A DNA stretch of 64,000 nt. It comes from Clostridiales bacterium (GTDB lineage: Bacteria > Bacillota > Clostridia > Christensenellales > CAG-138). Below are positions 19,901-27,043 of this stretch, in pieces. The notes beneath the pieces are model-generated. The model was not told where the DNA came from. It did not search any database and saw nothing but the letters and a program-made list of their open reading frames with translations. Location: assembly GCA_009779405.1 (NCBI GenBank), contig WREI01000006.1, positions 1,171 through 65,170 on the forward strand. Reading direction: 5' to 3'. A program made the translations under genes and the position numbers. Within the stretch, counting starts at the first letter, position 1, and each line of letters opens with the position of its first letter.

Positions 19901-21269
19901 CGCCGCCTGCACAACCGGACAGGCCTGGAATTTCGGCAATGACCTCGCGGGGCGTGACCCCACGAACCTCTATGCCAAATGGCTCGTCGACCTCGTATTC
20001 GACTGGAACTGCGGCACGCCCAATATATACCACAGCGCCACCGTGCAATATGGCGCGGCCTATGCCGAGCCGACCCCGCCCACCAGGCAGGTCGCCACCT
20101 TCCTCGGCTGGTATGCGGACGCGGCCTGCACCATACCCTGGGACTTTGAAGCCCCCCGCCTTGCTCCCGCAACGGTCTATGCCGCCTGGGACGAGCCCGA
20201 ACCGCACGAGCACGACTTCGTTTGGGATTCCGAAGAACCCGCGACCTGTACGGAGGGCGGATGGAACATATGGGTCTGCGAATGCGGCGAAGAGCAGCGG
20301 GAGCCCACCGATCCCCTCGGCCACGACTGGGGCGAATGGTACGAGGTCTATCCGCCTGAAGACGTAGAGCGGCGCGACTGCCTGCGTGAAGACTGTGAAG
20401 CCTATGAGACCCGCCCCCTCCTCCCCGCGCACGAGCACGACTATACGGAAATCATGATCCACGCAACCTGCACAGAGGAGGGCAGGGTGACGACTGCCTG
20501 CGAATGCGGCGATGCGGCGATGGAAATCCTCCCCGCCCTCGGCCACGACTGGGGTGCGTGGTATGAAATGATCGCGCCCCAAATCGGCATACCGGGCGAG
20601 GAGCGGCGCGAATGCCTGCGCGGTTTTTGCGATGCCTTTGAAATCCGCCCCATAGACCCGTTGCCGCCCCTGCCCGCCATAAGCGTTACAACCCTCGGCG
20701 CGCAGGCAAAAACCGACGCCTCCGCCCTGCGCTATGGCGCGTCCCTGCGCTTGAGCGAGCTGCAGGCCCTGCTCAAGCCCGGCGATATCCTGATCTTCGG
20801 CTTCTATGATATGATGCTGACGACCTACACGAACGGTCTGCTCCACCTGACAACGGGGACAGATGCCCTGCGCCGCGTCGTCTGCTCCGATGGCACGAAC
20901 AACAATTCGGGCCGGAGCATCACCTGGACCGAAGAATTAGATACGGCCAAAGATGCCCAGGCCTGGTTGGATGCCCTGCGCGCGGGCGGCCGCACAGACG
21001 TCAAAATCTTCTCCGTCCACGGCGATATCATCGAATACTGCGTAATGCTGGACAATGCCCCCACATCCATGCAGAGCGCGTTCGTCGCATTCATGCCCTT
21101 CGTCGAAGCGCTGCTGCTTGGAGAAAATTCCACATATTTACCCTTGTCAGAAGACGGGATTTTGGGTATAATGAAATACAATTCGATCAACAATATACTG
21201 TTTGCCGAGATCAAGCGTAGCAGAAACCTCTCCTATCCCTATGATCCCGCCAGCCCGTATAACGAATAG
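16938..21269 (+). CDS. Giant secreted surface protein with eight Listeria-Bacteroides (Flg_new-type) repeats and a duplicated Cys/His module
   Basis: Start at ATG 16938 after AGGGAGAG, with a signal peptide (MFILKKTRRTLCALLAALLCAAALPFGVLS). Eight G-[YW]-x-F-x-G-W repeats are present (WTFEGW, YVFGGW, YAFRGWDTNPNGTG, YTFKGWNTD, YVFVGW, FVFMGWNLAPDGSG, WTFAGWYKDAAC, TFLGWYADAAC). I saw no LPXTG, SLH or dockerin anchor. Confidence 0.85.
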   Translation: MFILKKTRRTLCALLAALLCAAALPFGVLSRAVSFAGNLDDPDCSAWRPIGGGTIFDIEADAQTGGSSVSQDIVGNAEYPPAYMQFSESGDAIAVRIRVDGTDSPAPNLQFKRFAHVGIDVDGDGAMDFYMGTYNPTGNSGRMGIYLADPALANTGPSNAGVTKPIASYQPRAGENYSFIEVGVGSNGFSGNEDYFISFVFTLEDINAALIKAGKPELCLTPTTSFYFCAGTAMQDNTLNADICGMDGIENGPWPNIPPISTDGAEYFIVTYDNSIGDSEAAPRTIPFKEDVQTKQATADRYPATNPKKRVTADGKSWTFEGWSTTNPYDENGDFIGPVTPFTVPAAIGANITVYAVWQSHDSEQVVEDLVVHFNPGGGTWTGSDIQDGHNNYWHIESDDGIIPFMPPNPGTAGLPSLTGQNIYVFGGWVTTFQVYGKGSNPNIVVLSDGSTGAIGELNFHIWSNLVSELMTPNQAGIASLAGHGDEPTVYALWLVVQGNKIPYKINFYDNIYTGTPVAPVYGTLLYAIFGANGGKTNYSPMAPTRQGYAFRGWDTNPNGTGTRYEDPYNGASALITTISLSADMNLYAIWEPAQYALQFLPNSVDMNGNALIGLPQGSFGGILCPPATDGIKYPAFPAAPMLAGYTFKGWNTDSDAFGYWVNYDAQSAAYSGENITPGGNLRYSLLDYAVPENLLPGTVPEAYNRLYAIWEKDVTSGDEYSVVFYANGYEADELTPETGGLFTDGVSLTLAIPVVDNHVPGAHYATFAPPTKEGYVFVGWSYQSDPKRAAAFFHPAASELIFLGQTNVYAVWTPIPDIYTVAFHPNSGAWPEENPDYIAELPNGLNGPIEVETDYFGMVVYVPYSANPTGPVKEDFVFMGWNLAPDGSGAVFLSDTEVTAYTQYLVSDPNDAGKKLLPVYAQWQSALVGTVLVVFYRNDGSTGNGAYYIDLTHYTEQYTPWPAGTTIQEPLNPDNGKGWTFAGWYKDAACTTGQAWNFGNDLAGRDPTNLYAKWLVDLVFDWNCGTPNIYHSATVQYGAAYAEPTPPTRQVATFLGWYADAACTIPWDFEAPRLAPATVYAAWDEPEPHEHDFVWDSEEPATCTEGGWNIWVCECGEEQREPTDPLGHDWGEWYEVYPPEDVERRDCLREDCEAYETRPLLPAHEHDYTEIMIHATCTEEGRVTTACECGDAAMEILPALGHDWGAWYEMIAPQIGIPGEERRECLRGFCDAFEIRPIDPLPPLPAISVTTLGAQAKTDASALRYGASLRLSELQALLKPGDILIFGFYDMMLTTYTNGLLHLTTGTDALRRVVCSDGTNNNSGRSITWTEELDTAKDAQAWLDALRAGGRTDVKIFSVHGDIIEYCVMLDNAPTSMQSAFVAFMPFVEALLLGENSTYLPLSEDGILGIMKYNSINNILFAEIKRSRNLSYPYDPASPYNE
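20205..20660 (+). repeat. Tandem duplication of a ~75-aa Cys/His-rich module inside the giant protein
   Basis: Copy 1: HEHDFVWDSEEPATCTEGGWNIWVCECGEEQREPTDPLGHDWGEWYEV..ERRDCLREDCEAYETRP. Copy 2: HEHDYTEIMIHATCTEEGRVTTACECGDAAMEILPALGHDWGAWYEM..ERRECLRGFCDAFEIRP. Five Cys and three His are conserved in register. Confidence 0.8.
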
Positions 21270-21279
21270 GAGACGTGTT

Positions 21280-21465
21280 ATGCTGCAATACAACACTCCA
21301 AAAATAGAGATCATTAAGCTGCGCGGTGCGGACATATTGGTCGACTCCTCAATTTGGCTCGGCGATGACGACGAGGAAAAACCGCCCGGCGACGGCACGA
21401 AGCCCGGCTGGCCGACGGACGCCACAGAGCCCAGTTCCCTCCTCGATCTGCTGCTCGGCGGTTGA
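21280..21465 (+). CDS. Small acidic hypothetical protein (61 aa) ending in Gly-Gly
   Basis: ATG 21280 lies 10 nt after the giant-gene stop and is preceded by AGGAGA. Sequence: MLQYNTPKIEIIKLRGADILVDSSIWLGDDDEEKPPGDGTKPGWPTDATEPSSLLDLLLGG. It is followed by a palindromic repeat or terminator. No homology recognised. Confidence 0.45.
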   Translation: MLQYNTPKIEIIKLRGADILVDSSIWLGDDDEEKPPGDGTKPGWPTDATEPSSLLDLLLGG

Positions 21466-21484
21466 TCCCGAATTTAGTAAATCC

Positions 21485-21511
21485 GTAGGGGCGCGATATA
21501 TCGCGCCCTGC
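21485..21511 (+). repeat. REP-like palindromic unit (possible terminator)
   Basis: GTAGGGGCGCGATATATCGCGCCCTGC. The 20-nt perfect palindrome spans 21489..21508 and is followed by a T-rich stretch. Confidence 0.8.
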
Positions 21512-21520
21512 TTGATTTTA

Positions 21521-21529
21521 TGGTATAAT
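21521..21529 (+). promoter_or_regulatory. Extended -10 element (TGGTATAAT) upstream of ttcA
   Basis: TGnTATAAT lies 30 nt upstream of GTG 21560, directly after the REP hairpin. Confidence 0.45.
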
Positions 21530-21559
21530 CTCTGCGCAAGCAAAAACGCAGGAGGTCAT

Positions 21560-22294
21560 GTGAAAACAGTTCTGGGTTGCATACGCCGCGCCGACGAGCG
21601 CTTTTCCATGATCGAGGACGGCGACAAAATCTGCATCGGCGTCTCGGGCGGCAAGGATTCCCTGCTGCTGATGCAGGCGATGAAGCTCTATCAGCGCTTC
21701 AGCAAGCGCAGTTTTGAAATCATCGCCATCGCGCTGGATTTGGGCTGGAAGAAGCAGGACTATACGGCCATCCGTGCATACGCCGAACGTATCGGCGTCC
21801 CCTTCGAGGTGTATTATAGTGATATCGGCAAAGTCGTGTTTGAATACAGACAGGAGCGCAGTCCCTGTGAGCTCTGCGCCAAACTGCGGCGCGGCGCGCT
21901 GAACCGCGAGGCCGCGGCGCGCGGCTGCAACAAGGTCGCGCTGGGCCACAACCGCGAGGATGTGCTGGAAACCTTCTGGCTCAGCTTGCTCTACGAGGGC
22001 CGCCTGCACACCTTTGCCCCGGTCACGCCCCTCTCGCGCAGCGGCGTCACCATTATACGCCCGCTCATCCTCCTGCCCGAGTCCTATTGTCTCGGTATGG
22101 CGCAAAAGCTCGAACTGCCCATCCTCCCCCCGCACTGCGACGTCGCCGGGCATACCAAGCGCGAGGAGATGAAAGAACTGATGTGCACCATCCAAAAAAC
22201 AATGCCCGACCTGCGCGAAAAGATGATGCATGCGCTGTTGAACCCCGACAAATACGGGCTCTGGGACAACGTCTACAAAAAGAGGGAACCATGA
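21560..22294 (+). CDS. ttcA: TtcA/TtuA-family tRNA thiolation PP-loop ATPase
   Basis: ICIGVSGGKDSLLL PP-loop, a CELC motif and a later HCD cysteine. In-frame GTG 21560 sits just after AGGAGG. The ORF-track start 21326 adds an implausible Arg/Pro-rich extension. Confidence 0.85.
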   Translation: MKTVLGCIRRADERFSMIEDGDKICIGVSGGKDSLLLMQAMKLYQRFSKRSFEIIAIALDLGWKKQDYTAIRAYAERIGVPFEVYYSDIGKVVFEYRQERSPCELCAKLRRGALNREAAARGCNKVALGHNREDVLETFWLSLLYEGRLHTFAPVTPLSRSGVTIIRPLILLPESYCLGMAQKLELPILPPHCDVAGHTKREEMKELMCTIQKTMPDLREKMMHALLNPDKYGLWDNVYKKREP

Positions 22295-22875
22295 TCGAAA
22301 CATTCAGAATTCTGGCCGAACAAATCTGCGAAGCCGGGCGACGGCTCTATCTGCACAATCTTGTCGCGGGCAGCGACGGCAATATCTCCGCGCGCCTGCC
22401 CGACGGCATGCTTCTCATTACGCCCACAGGCGTCAGCAAGGGCTATATGGATCCCGACCAATTGACCATATTGGACGAAAACGGCAAATGGCTGGCAGGC
22501 GCACCCGCCAGCTCCGAGCTGAAAATGCATCGCGCCATCTATGCGGCCAGACCCGACATCTCCGCCATTATCCACGCCCACCCGCCGACGGCCATAGCCT
22601 GGTCCCTGCATTTCCCCACATTTGAAAAAACCTTATCCCTGCTCCCCGAAGCCGAATACGCCCTGCAAAACCTTTCCCTCGCGCCATTCGCTCCGCTCGG
22701 CAGCGAAACTCTCGCGCGCGGCGCGGCAACGGCAGCGCAAAACACAAACACAATCCTATTGGAACGCCACGGCGCAGTAACGCTGGGCAAGGACATATTT
22801 GGCGCCCTCTTCCGTATGGAAAGCTTGGAACACTGCGCAAGCATCGCCCTCGCGAATCACCGGATCGCCCTGTAA
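22291..22875 (+). CDS. Class II aldolase/adducin-domain protein
   Basis: GSDGNISAR, ITPTGVSKG and IIHAHPP motifs. ATG 22291 overlaps the ttcA stop as ATGA. Confidence 0.8.
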   Translation: MIETFRILAEQICEAGRRLYLHNLVAGSDGNISARLPDGMLLITPTGVSKGYMDPDQLTILDENGKWLAGAPASSELKMHRAIYAARPDISAIIHAHPPTAIAWSLHFPTFEKTLSLLPEAEYALQNLSLAPFAPLGSETLARGAATAAQNTNTILLERHGAVTLGKDIFGALFRMESLEHCASIALANHRIAL

Positions 22876-22935
22876 ACCCCTGTATGGGTAAATAATCATT
22901 TGCCCTCTCCGCCACCCCCGCCAACCCAACAACCC

Positions 22936-22963
22936 GTAGGGGCGGATACCAATACGCCCGTCG
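22936..22963 (+). repeat. Degenerate REP-like unit
   Basis: GTAGGGGCGGATACCAATACGCCCGTCG shares the GTAGGGGCGGATA head and CGCCCGTCG tail, but the stem is imperfect. Confidence 0.55.
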
Positions 22964-22998
22964 AACCAGCACACTCCAACCCCCAAAGGAGGCCCACC

Positions 22999-24642
22999 AT
23001 GCCAAAAATCCTCATCATCGGCGGCGTAGCCGGAGGCGCCAGTGCCGCCGCCCGTCTGCGTAGGTTGGATGAACACGCCGAAATCATCCTCTTCGAGCGG
23101 GGGGAACACATCTCCTTCGCCAACTGCGGTCTGCCCTATTATATCGGCAGCGTAATCGTGGACAGGGATGATCTCCTCGTGCAAACCCCGCAGAGCTTCC
23201 GCAGTCGCTTCAACATCGATGTGCGCGTAAAAACCGAAGCCCTCGCCATCAACCCCGAAGCCAAAACTGTCACGGTACGCGACGGCACCACAAACACCAC
23301 CTACACCGAACCCTACGACAAACTCCTCCTCGCCCCCGGCGCGGAGCCCGTCCGTCCGCCCATACCCGGCGCGGACTTTCCCCGCGTCTTCACTCTGCGC
23401 AATATGGCCGACACCGACCGCATCAAAGCCTACATGCAGGCGCACGCCCCCCAAAGCGCGGTCGTCATAGGCGGCGGCTATATCGGCGTGGAAATGGCCG
23501 AAAACCTGAAAAACGCGGGCCTGTCCGTCAGCATCGTAGAGCTGGCCGACCAACTGATCGCCCCGATCGACATAGATATGGCCTGTGACGTCCACCACTA
23601 TGTGCGCCGCTGTGGCATATCGCTATACCTGCGCAACGCCGTGCAATCCATCGCCGAAGACGCAAACGGCCTGCGCGTCCAAATAACGGACGGCGAACTC
23701 CACGCGGATATGGCCATTATGGCAATAGGCGTACGCCCCGAAAACAAACTCGCCAAGGAAGCGGGGCTCTCCATAGGCCCGCGCGGCGGCATCGTAACGG
23801 ACGCCCATATGCGTAGCTCCGACGCCCATATCTACGCTGTGGGCGACGCGGTGGAGACAGAGGATTTTGTCACGGGCCAAAAGGCCGTCATCCCCCTCGC
23901 AGGCCCCGCGAACAAACAGGGCCGTATCGCCGCCGACAATATCTGTGGCATCCCTTCGGCGTACAGCGGCACGCAGGGCTCGGCCATCCTGAAAATCTTC
24001 GACTTGACGGTCGCCGCGACGGGCGTCAACGAAAAAACGGCCCGCCGCCTGCAACTGAATTACGACAAGGTCTTCCTATGGCTGCCCGGCCACGCGGGCT
24101 ATTATCCCGGTGCGAATTCCAACGCCCTGAAAGTCATTTTCGAGAAGGAGAGCGGCAGAATCCTCGGCGCGCAGATGGTCGGCTACTATGGCGTGGACAA
24201 GCGCTGCGACGTGCTGGCCACGGCCATCCGCGCGGGTATGAGCGCCCGCGACCTCACCCAGTTGGAACTCTGCTACGCGCCGCCCTATTCCTCGGCCAAG
24301 GATCCGGTCAATATGGCGGGCTTCGTCATCGAAAACCTCCTCACGGGCAAAGTAAAACAAATTCATTGGCACGACGTCGCCACCCTCCCCCGCGACGGCA
24401 GTGCAACCCTGCTCGACGTCCGCACCAAGGGTGAAGCGGCCAACGGAATGATAGAAGGCTTCACAAACATCCCCCTCGACGAACTCCGCGCCCGCATAGG
24501 CGACCTAAACCCCGATAACCCCGTATACCTCCACTGCCACAGCGGCACAAGAAGCTACATAGCCGCCCGCATCTTATCCCAACACGGATTTGAAACATAC
24601 AATTTAAGCGGGGGATACAGGTTGTACAAGAGTTGCAGTTGA
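22999..24642 (+). CDS. CoA-disulfide reductase/NADH-oxidase-family flavoprotein fused to a C-terminal rhodanese domain
   Basis: KILIIGGVAGGASAAARL FAD fold, SFANCGLPYYI redox Cys, VVIGGGYIGVEMAE NAD fold, and a C-terminal rhodanese loop YLHCHSGTRS. ATG 22999 follows AAAGGAGG. Confidence 0.85.
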   Translation: MPKILIIGGVAGGASAAARLRRLDEHAEIILFERGEHISFANCGLPYYIGSVIVDRDDLLVQTPQSFRSRFNIDVRVKTEALAINPEAKTVTVRDGTTNTTYTEPYDKLLLAPGAEPVRPPIPGADFPRVFTLRNMADTDRIKAYMQAHAPQSAVVIGGGYIGVEMAENLKNAGLSVSIVELADQLIAPIDIDMACDVHHYVRRCGISLYLRNAVQSIAEDANGLRVQITDGELHADMAIMAIGVRPENKLAKEAGLSIGPRGGIVTDAHMRSSDAHIYAVGDAVETEDFVTGQKAVIPLAGPANKQGRIAADNICGIPSAYSGTQGSAILKIFDLTVAATGVNEKTARRLQLNYDKVFLWLPGHAGYYPGANSNALKVIFEKESGRILGAQMVGYYGVDKRCDVLATAIRAGMSARDLTQLELCYAPPYSSAKDPVNMAGFVIENLLTGKVKQIHWHDVATLPRDGSATLLDVRTKGEAANGMIEGFTNIPLDELRARIGDLNPDNPVYLHCHSGTRSYIAARILSQHGFETYNLSGGYRLYKSCS

Positions 24643-24643
24643 G

Positions 24644-24979
24644 TCATTTCCTAAACGCCGACATCATCTGCATCATCTGCATCATCTGCTCCATGCTCAT
24701 CTCCTTCTTCTTGGGCGGTTCATGGGGCGGATTGTGATGTTCGTGCTCCTGTTGCCCGCGGGCGTGCTCACAATGCGGCTCGGGCGGGCGGTGCGGCGGC
24801 TCACAGGATAGGCGGCAGGCCAGCTGTTCGCACAATTCAAAGGGCAGAAAGCGGCACATGCAGTGCACAAATTCCTGTACCCCGCGCTTGCCCACCTCCG
24901 CGCGCACAAATTCCCCCAGCGCAATCGCGCAGCTGAGGGGCGTGAGCTCGGGAATATGGCAATGCGGGTGCTCTGGCAT
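24644..24979 (-). CDS. Small Cys/His-rich hypothetical protein with Met/Gln-rich tail
   Basis: 111 aa counted from internal ATG 24979: MPEHPHCHIPELTPLSCAIALGEF..FVHCMCRFLPFELCEQLACRLSCEPPHRPPEPHCEHARGQQEHEHHNPPHEPP..MSMEQMMQMMQMMSAFRK. The Shine-Dalgarno sequence is weak and no family was recognised. Confidence 0.45.
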   Translation of the reverse strand: MPEHPHCHIPELTPLSCAIALGEFVRAEVGKRGVQEFVHCMCRFLPFELCEQLACRLSCEPPHRPPEPHCEHARGQQEHEHHNPPHEPPKKKEMSMEQMMQMMQMMSAFRK

Positions 24980-25051
24980 GCTATATTCTATGCTTCTCGT
25001 ACAAAAAATGCACAGTTCCGCATATATTGCTATAAATATTGGGAGGTGCCT

Positions 25052-25261
25052 ATGGAACTGACACAAGGGGAAATGCAGAGTATTTTGGCCCGAAACGCGG
25101 GCAAGAGCGAATCGGAGCTGATGGACGCCATCGTGGATAGCGCTCGCGACGCCGGCGGCCCAAGTGTATTGGAAAGCGCATACGCGCAGATTTACCCGCA
25201 TCTAAACGATGCCCAGCGCGCCAAAATGGAGGAAGTGATACGGCGGATGAAGGGGACGTAG
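25052..25261 (+). CDS. Small hypothetical protein (69 aa)
   Basis: ATG 25052 lies 5 nt after GGGAGG. It is divergent from the Cys/His-rich ORF, and its stop lies inside a palindromic repeat. Confidence 0.4.
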   Translation: MELTQGEMQSILARNAGKSESELMDAIVDSARDAGGPSVLESAYAQIYPHLNDAQRAKMEEVIRRMKGT

Positions 25262-25284
25262 GGGCGGATATCATCCGCCCGTCG
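25258..25284 (+). repeat. REP-like palindromic unit between convergent genes
   Basis: GTAGGGGCGGATATCATCCGCCCGTCG is almost identical to the minus-strand unit at 12706..12732. It overlaps the stop of ORF 25052..25261. Confidence 0.8.
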
Positions 25285-25290
25285 TCTTCA

Positions 25291-26496
25291 CTAAAATACC
25301 GCCCACCCCACCCAAACCACCAAACTCAGCGCCAAAAGCCCCAGCCCCAACCACGGCTTCCCCTTTCGGTTCGGCAAAAAGAGCGGGGAAAGGAACGGGA
25401 TAGCGACCAGCCACAGCGCAATGGTCAGGACGGGAGGGCGGGGGAGGGGTATATTTTGCGTGTCCATCAGCAAAAACAGCCGCTGCATGCCCCATAAACC
25501 CGCGCGGGCTGGCCAGTGCAGCACCCAGGCCAGCCCCGGCCACAGGGGTTGCGCAAACATGGCGAGCACGCCCGGGATGACGATGAAGGGGCAGAGCGGG
25601 ATAATCAGGGGCGAGAGGAAGAAACTGATCCACGAAAAGCCGCCGAAATAGTATATGCCGAGGGGCAGGACGGCCAATTGCACGGCGATGGTGGAGGAAA
25701 ACAGGCGGTAGACGCTCTTATCGGGAAAACGCAGCAGACGGCGTATGGACGGTTCCAGTGCAATCAGCCCGAGCATACAGGCGAAGGACAGCTGGAACGA
25801 GATCGTCACCCAGGCAAGGGGCTGCAAAAAAACCGTCCCCGCAAATGAGAAGAGCAGGGCCGTGGTTCCGTCGCTGCGGCCCGCGAGCGGCGCGGCCACC
25901 CAAAATGCGAAGAGCATCAGCGCGGCGCGCACGGCGGGCGCGGAAAAGCCCGTGATCGCTACATAAAATACAACCACGGCAAAGCGCGCGAGCAGTCGCC
26001 CCCATTTGGGCAGTGCCTTTGTGGGTTGATTCAGTATAACAGCGAAGATGCTGATATGCAGGCCGGAGACCGAGAGGATGTGCACTTGCCCGCTGTTGCG
26101 CATGGAGAGCATCAGGCCTTCCCCGATTTGGGAAGTGTCCCCCAGCAAAACGCCCCGCGCCAGTGGCGCTTCCGCGCCGAAGAGTGCGTCCAGCGCGGAC
26201 GCAAACAGCTCACGCAGCGGGCGCAGCAGCCGGAAAGCCGCGCCGCCATAGGGATCCAGCAAATCGGGAGCCAGCCAAAGCGTCCGCGCCAGCGCCAGCG
26301 CAAGGCAAAGCGGAATAACAGCAAGCAGCGGTTTCCTCGCGACAAAAAGCAGTACAGTAAACCCAAGCGCCGCAATCAGCAGCGACAGTGCAAGAGCAAA
26401 GGGCAGATAGCTGCCCACCAGTACCCCGGCGCAGACACCCGCCGCAATCCCGAGCATGGGCCGATAATGAAACCACTTTTCTTTGGGAAACAGCAT
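25291..26496 (-). CDS. ComEC/Rec2-family membrane protein (competence-channel core only)
   Basis: VLLGDTSQI...NSGQVHILSVSGLHISI signature with multiple TM helices. At 401 aa it lacks the N-terminal and metallo-beta-lactamase domains of full-length ComEC. Confidence 0.8.
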   Translation of the reverse strand: MLFPKEKWFHYRPMLGIAAGVCAGVLVGSYLPFALALSLLIAALGFTVLLFVARKPLLAVIPLCLALALARTLWLAPDLLDPYGGAAFRLLRPLRELFASALDALFGAEAPLARGVLLGDTSQIGEGLMLSMRNSGQVHILSVSGLHISIFAVILNQPTKALPKWGRLLARFAVVVFYVAITGFSAPAVRAALMLFAFWVAAPLAGRSDGTTALLFSFAGTVFLQPLAWVTISFQLSFACMLGLIALEPSIRRLLRFPDKSVYRLFSSTIAVQLAVLPLGIYYFGGFSWISFFLSPLIIPLCPFIVIPGVLAMFAQPLWPGLAWVLHWPARAGLWGMQRLFLLMDTQNIPLPRPPVLTIALWLVAIPFLSPLFLPNRKGKPWLGLGLLALSLVVWVGWAVF

Positions 26497-26497
26497 G

Positions 26498-27043
26498 CTA
26501 TACGAAGGGTACGAGCAGGCCCAACAGGCCGCCGCCCAGAATAAACAGAATCGGATCCCACTTTTTCACCTTGGGAATTTGCAGGCATGCAATCAAGACG
26601 GCAAGGACGCCAAGATTCCATGGATTAAAGCTGCTTGCGGGGAACACGGTTTCCATCAGCATGGCAAAGGCGGTGGCGGCAATCAGGCCCAGCGATACGG
26701 GGCGGAGTACGGAAAAGAGCTTTTGCACGAGCGGTGCGTCTCGGAAGCGCGAGAGCGCCCTTGCCACGAAAATCATCACAATGACCGAGGGCAGCACCAG
26801 CGCAAAGGTGGCGACGGTCGCGCCCCATACGCCGCCCACATGAAAGCCCACATAGGTCGCGGCGTTCACGCCGATGGGTCCGGGTATGCTTTCGCCCGCC
26901 GTGATGCTGTGCATCAGCTCCGCTTGCGACATCCACCCGTGCGTGTCCACCATGCGCTGCAAGAACGGCACAGTCGCCAGCCCGCCGCCAAACGCCAGCA
27001 AGCCCGTCTTGAAGAATTCCCAGAAGAGCAGCAAGTAAATCAT
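26498..27043 (-). CDS. Chromate transporter (ChrA-family half protein)
   Basis: FFKTGLLAFGGGLATVPFLQ and IPGPIGVNAATYVG motifs. ATG 27043 overlaps the upstream stop as ATGA. The ORF-track start 27265 gives an implausible extension. Confidence 0.85.
   Translation of the reverse strand: MIYLLLFWEFFKTGLLAFGGGLATVPFLQRMVDTHGWMSQAELMHSITAGESIPGPIGVNAATYVGFHVGGVWGATVATFALVLPSVIVMIFVARALSRFRDAPLVQKLFSVLRPVSLGLIAATAFAMLMETVFPASSFNPWNLGVLAVLIACLQIPKVKKWDPILFILGGGLLGLLVPFV

Noticed and set aside
21280-21465. The small ORF as a RiPP precursor. Its N-terminus loosely resembles Y-x-x-P-x-[LI] leader peptides.
   Set aside because: The peptide has no Cys, no Ser/Thr-rich core, and no adjacent radical-SAM, lanthipeptide, cyclodehydratase, protease or ABC-export genes.
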